A DNA stretch of 64,000 nt, taken from contig JAVKOQ020000084.1 of NCBI GenBank assembly GCA_031835245.2, forward strand, positions 1-64,000. The letters are read 5' to 3'. The stretch's first letter is position 1. Each line of letters begins with the position of its first letter. Shown here in pieces: positions 22,773 to 33,649 of the stretch. The DNA is from Balamuthia mandrillaris (taxonomy: Eukaryota). The translations under genes and the position numbers were made by a program. The notes beneath the pieces are model-generated. The model was given only the letters and a program-made list of their open reading frames with translations, made no database searches and was not told the DNA's origin.

Positions 22773-25007
22773 ACCTTTGTTGTTGTTGGTCTCACAACAA
22801 CCGATCCCTTCACCTCTCCTCTCCTCCTCTCCTCTCCTGGGTGGGTGGGGGTCGGTTTGTTTCTCCTTTTTTGTGCCAGCACCCAGCTGCTTGGGAGGGG
22901 GATTCGGTGGCTTGGTTTGTTGTGTGGTGGCTGTGTGGTAGCCGAGGAGAGGTGGTGAACCAAAGTGGTATGAAGCGAGGCGAGGATCGTTATTTCCGGG
23001 TTTGTTTGTTTGTTTGTTGCTTGAGGCTCAACCAAAGCAAACCAAATAAGTAGAACGTTGGATGCAGTGGGAGGAAAAAAAAGCAAGCAGTGAGGAGCAG
23101 GGAATGAGGGGGATGATGAAGATGAGGATGATCCAGGAGGATACGTCGGGAAACCACTGCTTCGGTGTGGTGTTTGGTTGTTGGTCCCCAACAAGAACAA
23201 ACTCTCGCAATAAAAAAAAATAATGGAAATAATAATTAAAGTGGTCGTTGGAGGGAAGGAGACAAGAAGCTGCCTTGTTCTCTTCCTTGGTGGTTGGAAA
23301 GAGAAGGAAGGGCAGCAAAGCGTGGTGGGGAGGTGTTGGCTTCTCGAAACAAAATAATGGATAGAATAAAAATCGGAGTTCCTCTTTGTGGTGGTGTGAA
23401 AAATGTAGCGTTGGCCTCGCACCACTTGCTATCTGTTTTCTGCAGATTCCGCTGTTCTCTCATCCGTCTATTGTGTCGTCTCTCGTGCCCATAATCTTGC
23501 TCTATCTTGTGTTTATAGGATTGGGGTGTTTTCTGCTTTTATGGGGTTTTCTCGCTCTTCCCAACCTCGAAAGGTTCGACTTACAGGTTGTATGCTTACG
23601 CTTTCGGCCTCCTACAAAGGAGTTGCGAGTTTATTTATTTTTTGAAAGAAGCCCCGCTCCGGAAGATCGCACAAGATTGAGAGAACAGAAACTGAGAATC
23701 GGCTTCGTTTCCTAAATAAAGGAAAACCCAGAACCGACAGAGAATTTTTCCGCAAACTGGACTACGCGTGTGAGGAGAATCCTGTTCCGACGAGCACAAG
23801 GAGTTCCGGGCTTTGGTGCTGTTGACGCGTCTGTTTGACTGACGCGGATTGGTGCAATTCAAACGCCATAATCTTACGAACATTCCTTTTAGGGTATATT
23901 TATCCATTTATGGGCCTGCACATGCCATTCTCAACCGGACTTTTAATCGAAATTTCTGTAAACGCGGGTGCACGACCTGCGTTTCCCGGCTCCTCCTCGC
24001 CTTAAAATATTTAAGGTACCGCGACCTGACACGTTGTAGGACAAGATAAAGGGTCGCAGATTGAATCAATCTAATGCTCCCACCTATCTCGCTCACTTAC
24101 CTCTGCCGCAGCATCTGGCGCCATCAAGGTGGGGTGCTGCTTTTCCTTCTTTCTTTTTTTCCAAAGATATTGCATCGGTACGCAAAATAGGGCATGACCG
24201 AAGAACAGGAAAAAAGTAGAAACAACACGGGTATTATTTTTTGGCCTTGTTTCCGTTAAGGTGTAACACACACCGGTGTCAAAAAGAGATTGAGGAGAGA
24301 TTCGTGCTTGTTAAATTGTTGGAGAAAAAATTGGTACATTGGTGGGCCTCAAGCAGAAACAGGAAGGGAGGCTGGAATGAACAAGCTCTCTTCCTCCTCT
24401 GGTCTTTGTATCCAAGCCAACTCCGAGATAAACCGTTCTTCTTTGAAAGCATCGTTGTCTCTCCTTTTAAAAAAAGAAATGGCACTTCTCCCGAAATGTG
24501 TTGCATGTTCCACATGGAAAGGTCTCAGTCGAGAGAAGTAACGTGGTTGGTTTGTGTGGTGTGTTTTTTTTTTTTTTTTTTTTTTGGGAAGCTGGCGTTT
24601 GGTGCATTGCGGCTATTTTGGTTTTGAGAAGAGAAATTAGTCAGAAGGATGGAATGTTGAAGGGAGGGAGAGAGATCAGTCAGAGAGAAGAGCGAGAAGA
24701 CAGCACAGAAAGAGAGAGAACGTACAGGGCAGGCAATTAAAAAGGGTTTGAAAGTATGTACACCGGCCGGCATTATAGAAAAAGAGAATAGGCTTTCATA
24801 CAGCAATCAAGGCACTCAGTTGTTTTTTCGGTCTTCTTCACCGTATGGTTTGCCACGGAAAGACTCTGTTCTTTTTTCTTTCTTTTTTTTTTGTTCTTTT
24901 TTTGTCTATTTTTTGTTCTATTGTTTTTGTCTTTTTTTTGTTTTTTTTTGTCTTGTTCTTTTTAGATCTTCTTCTTGCTTTTTTGCTTTCTCGTTTCTTT
25001 GCTCGCT

Positions 25008-28000
25008 TCACAAAGGCATTCTTCCTGAAGAAGCATAAAAAGAAGAAGATGAAGAAGATGAAGAAGACGAAGAAGATGAAGACGAAGACGTCGATGATTG
25101 CGGTAGTTGGCTCTTCAAACGAGCCTTAAACTCCAATATGTCCCCAGTGGTCAACCCAAAGCGAAAGTCAATGGCGGCCAAGAAGTTAGCCTCGTTTTGG
25201 ACGATATAGCTCTTGGGAACGTTGAAGATCTTGGAGTACGTGACGGTACTCACACTCTCATCGCACCAGTACTTGACGGTGAGGATGATACTGGTGAGGA
25301 AGACTTCAAAGATATGCTCCGCGTCCAACTTGCCAACGCTGCGGATGTATCGCTCCACATAGATCATGGAAGGCAGCAAAAAGTGCTTCATCTTCCAGGA
25401 GCAGAGGAAGACGTAGAGCACTTCGAGTGGCACTCGGATTTGTTCCTCCAGAGAAGGACCAGAAACTTCTTCGAGTTGGTCGTCGAGTTGATCTTCTCCG
25501 TCTTCATGTTGTTCGATGGCGTCAATGAATGCAGAAGAGGGAGAAGAAGCGCGAGAAGAGCAAGAACCACAAAAGGAGGATTGAGGTTGCTGTTGGGAAG
25601 GATTCCAAAAGATAGAATCTCCACAACAATAACAGACAGAAGCGTCATCCTCTTCTTGAAGAAAGTGCTGATATTGTTGTTGATGAGCAGCAGAAGGAGC
25701 AGAGCGAGCGAGGCAAGGGGCAGAACGTGCTCTTCCGCTCTCGCTACAACTGCGAAGATGTCTCTCTCCAGAACCACTGGCAACATAGTGGGGGTCGTTG
25801 TTGCAAGGGGAGGAGAAGAAAGAAGAAGGTGAAGAGTGCACAATAGATCGCTTCTGTTGCTTCTTGTGGTTGTTAGAAGACGGAAGAGGAGAGGAATAGA
25901 ACCAGTTTCTCCTCGCCATCGTGGTGATATCCTGTAGGAGGCGAAGTATTTCTTGCTCCGCCCTTGGTGAACTGTAAAGACTCTTGCCCAAAGGCGAGGG
26001 AGAAGGAGAAGGAGAGACCCTGTAAGGATGCGCAGCAGTATAGTGATGATCGCCTCCTATCGCTCCTCCTGTTGCTACTACCACTGTCCCTCCTCTTTGC
26101 AATTGATGAAGACTTGGTTGCTGTTGTGATGACGACAGCGAAAGAGGTGGCAGTTGAGCATAAGCAGAAGCTGGATAATCAGGGAAGCAAGGGTGCATAG
26201 GTTGCTGGTCAGAATGAGTTGGTGCCGCCATTGCGCCTGCGTTGCTGCCATAGAGGGACAGCTGATGTTGCTGAAGGTCTTCGAAGGCAAGGAGCATGGC
26301 GCAACCCTCGTCATCGCTATTGTCATTGTAGGCGGAGTGACGACGACTGCGAGCCAACGAAGAAGAGGAAGAAGTAGAAGAACAGGCCTCTCCTCTAGCT
26401 TGCTGCTGGTGATGAGGATGAGTCGGTTGTAAAGACGTCATCATAAGGTCCGAGTAAGGATTGTAGAAAGTAGCAACGGCCTCTTCTTCGTTACTGCTCG
26501 TCGCCATTTCCATCGCTCCTCCTCTTCCTCCTACTGCCAACGGGCCAAACATCGGTGCAAACGTTTCCTCGTGAGAGAAGTGGTAAAGCGATTGCTGAGG
26601 AGGGGCTCCTCCTCTGTGCTGATGTTGTCCTTGCTGTTGGTGTTGCAAAGAAGCAGCGACAAAGGTGCCGTTGTTGTCAAAGTCATCACAACCGCTGAAA
26701 TACGTGTTGCTTTCTGGTTGAGAAGAAGATGATGATGACAAGAAAGAAGCGGGATGGACTCCAACTCCACCCGTTGCCACCGCCAACGCGCTCTTTTGCA
26801 TGACCTGTAACAGGCCCGCTGTCGTCATCATGTACCCCAAAGGAGACTCAGCTCCATGACCACTGTCGCTAAACAGTGGTTTGTTGGCAGCGAGTGGCCT
26901 TGACGAAGAAAGGTGTTGCTGTTGTGGTTTCATCGTAATATCGCCGCGCGAAGTGGAAGGAACTGTAGCGGGGACGAGTTGTCGCTGATGAGGATGAACA
27001 TGGGAGCCAACGTGCTGAACGTTGTCATCACCATCATCGTTACAATAGTACGCAGCAGCATCATAGGTGCGTTGGTGGAAGCCACCGCTCTCGTTGCTAT
27101 TGCTGTTGTTGTGAGAAGTAACAAACTCTAGGCTTCGAGTGCGCGAGAGGTTCGCTGTTGTTCTTGTTGGAGGCATGGGCGGCTGTTGCTGTTGTTGCCG
27201 ATGAGGATGGAACGAGGCCAACGATTGACGGCTATCATTAGAATCCGCAAAGTAGGAAGAGCAACTACTCCTCTGCACGCCATCCGTCTCTACAGCGCTT
27301 GTCATCTCATCCCTTATTGCCGATGATGACGATGAAGATGGAAAGCCGCCAACATACATCGAGAGATGGCCAGATGCAGACTGATGATGCGGAGGAGCCG
27401 AACAGGAAGAGGGATTGGTCGTAGCAGACGCCACACACGACGAGGAGAAGAGAGAGGAGGAAGAGGAGTCCGGCAGAGCGTAAAAGGCGGAGAGGAGAGA
27501 TGGTTGGGCAAAGAAGTAAGGAAAAGGGGGAAGCTGTTGTTGGGAGCTGCTGGCAGAGAGGTAGTGGTGGTGTTGAGGAGGTTGTTGATGATAGGAGGAG
27601 GCAAGGCAGCTGTACGGTTGTTGTGGTGCTTGTTGCTGCAGCAGTTGTTGCTGTTGAATAGGAGAAAGCACCGGACAGTAGGCTGAGTAAGGGAAGAGGT
27701 TGTATTCGCTCCTCTTCACAGCCTCTCCCTCTTCCTTGTTCCTACGGCCATTGAAGTAACTGCCAGTGCTGTTGCTCTTCTTGTTCAGCGGATACTGGGC
27801 TGTTGACTGTTGTTGATACAGAGAAGAAGCTAGAGTAGAAGAATGACCGTATGAGTGCTGCTGTTGGTGCCCGCTACCGTGGTTGTTGTTATTATTGGCG
27901 GCGGGGTCTGCGGCAGCACCGACAGCAGAGTAGGATCCGTAGTAAGGTTGGTGGTTTTGGGTGCGTTGTTGCAACTCGTGTTGTTGGTAATGCTTTTTTT

Positions 28001-28253
28001 GAGAATGAAGAGGAGCCTGCATTGGAGCAGAGTGTTGTTGTTGCTGCTGCTGTAGGAGCAGCTGAGAAGAAGCAGTGGAGTTCCGCACAAAGGCACCAGA
28101 TCCTCCCACTCCTCTTCCGCTTGCAGCTGCTCCTCCTATTGCTCCGTAGCTTCCTGACAAGCCGTACAAGCTGCCACCGCTACCACCACTAGAGAAGGGC
28201 TGATGATGAGGAAAAGAGGTCGTCGAGTGTTGAAGTTCAAATAAACTGGCCAT
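25008..28253 (-). CDS. Intronless 1081-aa protein: long Gln/Ser/His-rich disordered region followed by a C-terminal Pho80/Pcl-like cyclin box
   Basis: One ORF from MASLFEL (ATG 28253). The C-terminal LLPSMIYVERY...VFLTSIILTVKYWCDES...YSKIFNV...EANFLAAIDFRF matches the Pho80/U-type cyclin pattern (IYIDR...LLxxxxxxAxKFxDD...ExxFLxxLxFxL). Confidence 0.85.
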   Translation of the reverse strand: MASLFELQHSTTSFPHHQPFSSGGSGGSLYGLSGSYGAIGGAAASGRGVGGSGAFVRNSTASSQLLLQQQQQQHSAPMQAPLHSQKKHYQQHELQQRTQNHQPYYGSYSAVGAAADPAANNNNNHGSGHQQQHSYGHSSTLASSLYQQQSTAQYPLNKKSNSTGSYFNGRRNKEEGEAVKRSEYNLFPYSAYCPVLSPIQQQQLLQQQAPQQPYSCLASSYHQQPPQHHHYLSASSSQQQLPPFPYFFAQPSLLSAFYALPDSSSSSLFSSSCVASATTNPSSCSAPPHHQSASGHLSMYVGGFPSSSSSSAIRDEMTSAVETDGVQRSSCSSYFADSNDSRQSLASFHPHRQQQQQPPMPPTRTTANLSRTRSLEFVTSHNNSNSNESGGFHQRTYDAAAYYCNDDGDDNVQHVGSHVHPHQRQLVPATVPSTSRGDITMKPQQQHLSSSRPLAANKPLFSDSGHGAESPLGYMMTTAGLLQVMQKSALAVATGGVGVHPASFLSSSSSSQPESNTYFSGCDDFDNNGTFVAASLQHQQQGQHQHRGGAPPQQSLYHFSHEETFAPMFGPLAVGGRGGAMEMATSSNEEEAVATFYNPYSDLMMTSLQPTHPHHQQQARGEACSSTSSSSSLARSRRHSAYNDNSDDEGCAMLLAFEDLQQHQLSLYGSNAGAMAAPTHSDQQPMHPCFPDYPASAYAQLPPLSLSSSQQQPSLHQLQRGGTVVVATGGAIGGDHHYTAAHPYRVSPSPSPSPLGKSLYSSPRAEQEILRLLQDITTMARRNWFYSSPLPSSNNHKKQQKRSIVHSSPSSFFSSPCNNDPHYVASGSGERHLRSCSESGRARSAPCLARSAPSAAHQQQYQHFLQEEDDASVCYCCGDSIFWNPSQQQPQSSFCGSCSSRASSPSSAFIDAIEQHEDGEDQLDDQLEEVSGPSLEEQIRVPLEVLYVFLCSWKMKHFLLPSMIYVERYIRSVGKLDAEHIFEVFLTSIILTVKYWCDESVSTVTYSKIFNVPKSYIVQNEANFLAAIDFRFGLTTGDILEFKARLKSQLPQSSTSSSSSSSSSSSSSSSSFYASSGRMPL

Positions 28254-29488
28254 TTTTTTGTCTTTTTTAGTCTTTTTTTTTGATGTTTTTTTTTTTGGTT
28301 TCGATCGATTGCTTTTTTTTGTGTCAAAGGGGTCGTAGAATGTAGATTGAGGACGAAGCAGAGAAGAAGAAGGAAAAAATAACGACAAGAAAGGAGTAGA
28401 GTGAACGGAAGAATGTAAAAGTAAGGAAGGAGAGAAGCAGAAAATAAATAAAGGAATAGAGTGGAGATGAGGTTGAGATCTGTTTGTTATCCGCGTCGGT
28501 TTAAAATAATCCTCCTCTAATCGGAGACTTGCTAGTAGATGCGGAGAGCTTAAGAACTCAGAAGAAGAATTTTTGAAGACGGATGGAAAGTGAGAGGGAA
28601 AGGGAAAAAAAGTTGAAAGATTTTTTGGGGGGGATTGTTTGCTACGTTGATGTAGAAGAGAATTTAATGCTGCATTTTTTTGTCCACCTCGAGTGGTTGT
28701 TCGTTGTGTTGGCGCGTAGAAGAAGCACGAAGACGCAGGAGGAGGAGGAGGAGAAGAATAAGACGAAGAGCGAATCTTTTGAAGAAAAAATCAACGCTCT
28801 CCTTTCTCACGCTGTCTTATCGTTTGTTTTTTTCCCCCACGGGCTTTCAACTCTGGTTATTTGGACAGCTCCTCCGTTTCCACCGACCAACCGAACCGAA
28901 AAAAAAAACGCAACGGGGTGGTGGTGTCCTCTCTTTGCTTTGTTCTCTCTTCCGCCTGCCGCTACGCCTGGGGACCGCCTCCTCTCTCTCCCTTTCTCTC
29001 GTTCCTCCTTGTTGTTTCGCTACCTTTTTTTTTGCCTTTTATTTATTCTTTTGAGGGGTTTTTTCAAACTTTCCAACGAAAATTGCCATATACGGGATAA
29101 TAGGGCAAAAATAGGACAAGAGATTGAAATAATTTTACTTTATAAGGCTAAGCTGACGTCAAGCTCCAGAGGAGTGGAGAAATGAACAAGAACGGAGGAA
29201 ATAAAAGAGCAGAAGCTCTGAGTGGCACCCTCATTTTTTTTTTGAAGTTGTTGCTTCCGATGATTCCGCGTTAGCAAGGGAGAGAAGAGAACCAAAGTCC
29301 ACCTCAAAAATCGGACGAATTTTCGATGGATTAAGTAATGCCCCGAACCCCAAGGGGGTTTTTTTTTACTAATAAAATTTAAGGAATCTTGTCAACCATT
29401 GGTGCAGAAATTATGTACAACTTTAGAAGAGGGTATGCCCGAGTTTTAGGTAGGACCAACACAGGCAGTCTCAGTTCGGTGCTTGTGC

Positions 29489-29950
29489 TCAGAACTTTTC
29501 CGAGTATGGTCTTAGGTCCAGTTCATGGGTCCAAGTGGTCTGGTTGTGGCAATAGAGATAAAATCGATATTCAGTCCAGCTGTTATTGCAGGGCAGGCAA
29601 GCAAGAACCTTACCTTATCCTGCGAGTGTAGGTTCCAGTATTCCTTCGCGATAGCGTCAGAGCTCAAGAAGGAGTCGCGAGGACGATCTGGTTGAGCCTG
29701 AACAAAAAGACCAAGCACAAATGTTAATGCTGGTGAGAATGGTTTTGCGTAGGGTGGTGTGGTTTCGTACCCCAACTTGGTATTCGTTATCGATCTGCCC
29801 ATCGATGATGACGTGAGCCACGTGAACGCCTTTTGGGCCATACTCTCTTGCCATAGACTGAGCCAGCGACCTCAACCCCATCTTTCCAACCGACTGTACG
29901 GTTTGTTCGTTTGTTGTTGGGAAATGTTAAGCAAGCCAACAGTGATACAA

Positions 29951-29986
<36 letters not shown>

Positions 29987-30711
29987 GTGAAAACAACTGC
30001 AGGAACAAACCAAACAGGAAAAGTTGGCAGCACCACGTAACGAGGCAGTGGCTCCTGTGAAGATAATTGTGCCTCGTTTCTGTTCAAGCATGTGAGGCAG
30101 TACCTGTTGCGCCGCCAGGAAACCTCCGAAACAATTGCTCTTCCAACATTGCTTTTCATGCCCGGTAACAAAGAGACCAAAAAGTGAGGGGAAAGAGAGA
30201 GGGGAAACAAAGGTAGGATGGAATAGAGAGAAGAAGAGAAGAGAGGGGAAGGAAGGAACGTGAGACACCAGAGAGGAAAGGATGGCAAGTTTGGGTGAGT
30301 TACCTCAAAAGTTTCTGGAGTTATATCCAGAATGCCTCCTCTTTTGTAGGCACCGGCGTTGTAGATCATGACCTCGGGGTGTCCCAGCCTCTCCACCACC
30401 GTCTTGAAGCTCTGCTCCATGGCCTGAGGGTCGGTTGCGTTGGTGGGCACGCACAGCAGGGATTCTCTTGGCAGCCCTCCTCTTTGGCTGATGCTGTCGG
30501 CAACAGCCTCCAGCTTTTCCTTGGAACGAGCAAGCAGCGCCACCGAGAAGCCTTGTTTCGCAAATCTTTGTTTTTCACCGCAAGGAAGAGGCTCAGGGAA
30601 AGGAACAAGAACAACCAACTTGAAACTCGGGCCTTACCTCTGCGCTGCAGCACGACCAAGACCAGGACCCACGCCCACAACAACGCACACACGAGAAAGG
30701 GTTTGCTCCAT
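29489..30711 (-). CDS. Short-chain dehydrogenase/reductase of the bacterial-like subgroup lacking the canonical YxxxK; multi-exon
   Basis: VVVGVGPGLGRAAA, YNAG, TIIFTGATASLRG, LSVGKMGLRSLAQSMAREYGPKGVHVAHVIIDG, WTHELDLRPYSEKF-stop (29489-29491). Introns are GT-AG. Confidence 0.9.
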
Positions 30712-30944
30712 GTTCGTTTGTTTGTTCGTTCGTTGTTTGAGTAATTATGCCCTCTCGCTCTTCTCTCTCGTTCTCTCTCACTTGGTTGTCTCAACCACCA
30801 GGAGGAGGCTGGGGGTGAGACACATGCCGCACTACTCCATCGGCAAAAAAAAAAAACATGCAAGGCGGTTTCTTTTTCGAAGGGATGTCCCCCCGATGCA
30901 ACCTGACGTCATCCCTTCGGAGAAAAAAACAAAAAATCCTCCGA

Positions 30945-31999
30945 GGAGAGAGAAGGAAGACGGAAGACGGAGGAGAGTGAAGGACAGCAGAGCGCGACTG
31001 ACTAACTTTGATTTGATTTTGATTTTCCTACTTTATCTTTCCCCTGTCTAATTTGATCACTCCGACTTGCGTGGGCGGTGCCGAGAAGGTATGAACGTTG
31101 GCGTTAACCCTTCCCCTCCCTTTTATGGGGGCACTCGCCCATGTAAATCTTACGAGTGCCGTGGGAACACCCAACCACGTCAATCCGAAGGGTGCCCTCG
31201 ACTTTTGTGGGTAAAGTTGAGTGTATGGGTAGCTCCAAGCACGCCCCCCACCATCCCATACGAAAAATCACGAAAAACCCCCTCACACAAAACTGCAAAT
31301 CTTGAATCTCTCGCATCTAATTCTTTGAATATAAATACTTATGCTAACACAAACACAAATATAAGCCCAAACACACAAGCAAACAAACGCACAAAAACAA
31401 AAACCAACAAAACGAACCATCCTTATTTCCTCCTTGTTGGCACAACAAGTGAAAAACCTAGACTTTTGGAAAGGAGAACTCCCCTACTATCTAACGGTAC
31501 ACGGCACCAAAAACAAAGATATCAATAGCATCACCCACATTATCGACAGCACCAGGACCAATATTTTCCTCAAGCGAAATGAGAAACTCAAAAAACTGCA
31601 TTTCCTCGACGACTCGTAACAAAACCGAGCGGCCTTCCCGAAAAAGCCCACAGGAGGTTAGACCTCCTAAAACCTGCCAGCCCGGTCAGGTGCCAGCGGA
31701 CTGCCAGCGGAATCCGTGCCTGGATGACACATCTGCCTTTGCACCTCCAATGGAAGCCAACCTATCTACCACACCATCCCAACTTCAAAACTTGGAACAA
31801 GCGATCTCTCACACCCACCACACCCTCCCAACTTCAAAACGTGTAACAGGCGATCTCTAGCAACCTATGTGCCTCCCAACGCACTCTGCCCGATGGGCAT
31901 TGACGCCAGTAAGCGGTGCCGTAGGTATTCTACCTACGAGGTTGAGCGGCCCCGCCCACTAGATAGCCAATAAACTATTTCCAAAAAAAAAAAAAAAAA
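30945..31999 (+). mobile_element. Non-autonomous, internally deleted non-LTR retrotransposon (LINE) derivative: structured 5' region, ORF2-like C-terminal remnant, 3' UTR, poly(A)
   Basis: Bounded by AAAAAATCCTCCGA (30931-30944) and A17-CCTCCGA (31983-32006). Ends with AATAAA and an A17 tail. The remnant ORF ...HIIDSTRTNIFLKRNEKLKKLHFLDDS-stop (31619) resembles the IWxxRN motif at LINE ORF2 C-termini (by eye). No RT motifs are present. Confidence 0.65.
31768..31859 (+). repeat. ~49-nt tandem duplication in the retroelement 3' UTR
   Basis: ACCACACCATCCCAACTTCAAAACTTGGAACAAGCGATCTCT versus ACCACACCCTCCCAACTTCAAAACGTGTAACAGGCGATCTCT. Confidence 0.85.
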
Positions 32000-32006
32000 C
32001 CTCCGA

Positions 32007-32331
32007 GGGGCCCACCCCCATGGCCGAGTGGTCTACCATTTGGTCATAGCCTGCCAGAAAGGGGAAGGCCGCGTGTTCGACTCCAAGGAGCCGCACTTAG
32101 TGGTCGACGAAAAATTTCAACAAGCCTGGCCTTGGCCTCACCCGGCGAGCCAAGAAAAATACTCTGCCGAGAACATGGTGGCGATTTCTAGCAACCTTTG
32201 TGTCTCCCAAAGTGCTCTGTCCACTGCGGCAGTGGGACAAGTAAGAGGTGCCGTTTGTATGTATGTACCTACGAGGTTGAGCGGTTTCAACCCACTAGAT
32301 AGCCAATAAACAATTCCTTAAAAAAAAAAAA
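32007..32331 (+). mobile_element. tRNA-derived SINE (~325 bp) whose 3' tail is homologous to the adjacent LINE derivative
   Basis: Pol III A-box TGGCCGAGTGG (32021-32031) and B-box GTTCGACTCC (32075-32084). The tail 32180-32319 aligns with 31849-31982. Ends AATAAA plus A12. Flanked by AAAA(T)CCTCCGA on both sides (to 32006 and 32339). Confidence 0.8.
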
Positions 32332-32646
32332 TCCTCCGACCCCAAAGAAGGCGTGACGAGAGGTCACGTCGACATTTTTTACGAATGAGGGTTCCTCCCC
32401 CGGTGCGAATAGGCAGGATTTGGCCTTGCTTTCCTTTGAAAGGCAAAAGAAAAAAGCCAAAGGAAAAAGCAAGAGCAAAAAAAAAAAAAAAAGCGTAGCG
32501 CGCGGTGGGGGTTTTTTTTTTGTTTTGTTGCAGAGGAGAAGAAAGAGAGAGAGAGAAGCCAACGTCTGTTTTTCTATTTATTTTTAGATTTTGGAGTAGT
32601 GGTTGTGGTGGTGGGTGGTATCAAAAAAAAAAAAACAAAACAAAGA

Positions 32647-33538
32647 ATGGCGTCCGTGGACTATGACTACCTCTTTAAAATCCTGTTGATTGGCGACTCG
32701 GGCGTGGGCAAGTCGGCGCTGCTGCTGCGTTTTGCGGACGACGACTACTCGGACACGTTTATCAGCACCATTGGGGTGGACTTTAAGATCAGAACCATTG
32801 AGCTGGACGGCAAAGTGGTGAAGCTTCAGGTGTGGGACACAGCCGGTCAGGAGAAGTTCAAGTATGTTGTCGTTTTTTTATTATTCTTGTTTGGAATTTG
32901 TTGCTCCTTCTCTCTTGTTTTTCCCCTTTTCATTGTCGTATCGTTTCGATTTGTTGTTTGTTCTTTCTGTTGGTTTGATGTTAGCCCTTGCATGATTTTT
33001 TTTTTTGTTGTTTTTTTCTCTTTTTTTCCTCCAAACAACCAACCCAATCTAATCATCATACGTATCGATCGACAAATCAAAAAAAAAAAAAAACAGAACC
33101 ATCACAAGCAGCTACTACAGAGGCGCACACGGCATCATCATAGCCTATGACGTGACGGACGAGGCCTCCTTTAGCCACGTCAAGACCTGGATCGGGGAGA
33201 TTGAGAAGTATGCCAGCGACAACGTGACCAAGCTGCTGGTCGGCACCAAGTGCGACCTGGAGACCAAGCGAGTGGTGGAGGAGAAGCGCGGTCGGGCCCT
33301 CGCCGAGGAGCTCGGCATGAACTTTGTGGAGACCTCGGCCAAGGCCAACACCAACGTGGAGAAGGCCTTTGAGACCATGGCCCGCGAGATCAAGAAGACC
33401 ATGAAGCCAAACAACGGGGCGGGAGCCGGAGCGGGATCTGGGGCTGGAGCGGGATCTGGTGCGGGACGAGGGACCGGTGGACGGGGCGTTGATCTTTCTG
33501 GAAGCACAGCAGTGGAAGAGGGTGGTTGTGCTTGCTAA
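32647..33538 (+). CDS. RAB1: Rab1-family small GTPase; one intron (32862-33096)
   Basis: [67 protein letters not shown]-terminal CAC prenylation motif. Confidence 0.92.
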
Positions 33539-33649
33539 AGAAGAGAGAGACAGCGACAGAGGAAAGACGGAGAAGAAAGATATTTTTGTTGTTTGGAGAG
33601 TGTAGAAAAAAAAAAGGGGATGTTTTTTTTCTTTTATACTTGCTTACAG

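Noticed and set aside
28583..29185. 200-aa plus-strand ORF and many similar SLSLSL/ERERER ORFs across the window
   Set aside because: Low-complexity translations of microsatellites, introns or antisense strands with no recognisable motifs.
32007..32095. Functional tRNA gene
   Set aside because: A and B boxes are present, but I could not fold acceptor and anticodon stems, and the sequence runs into a LINE-like tail and poly(A). Interpreted as a SINE head.
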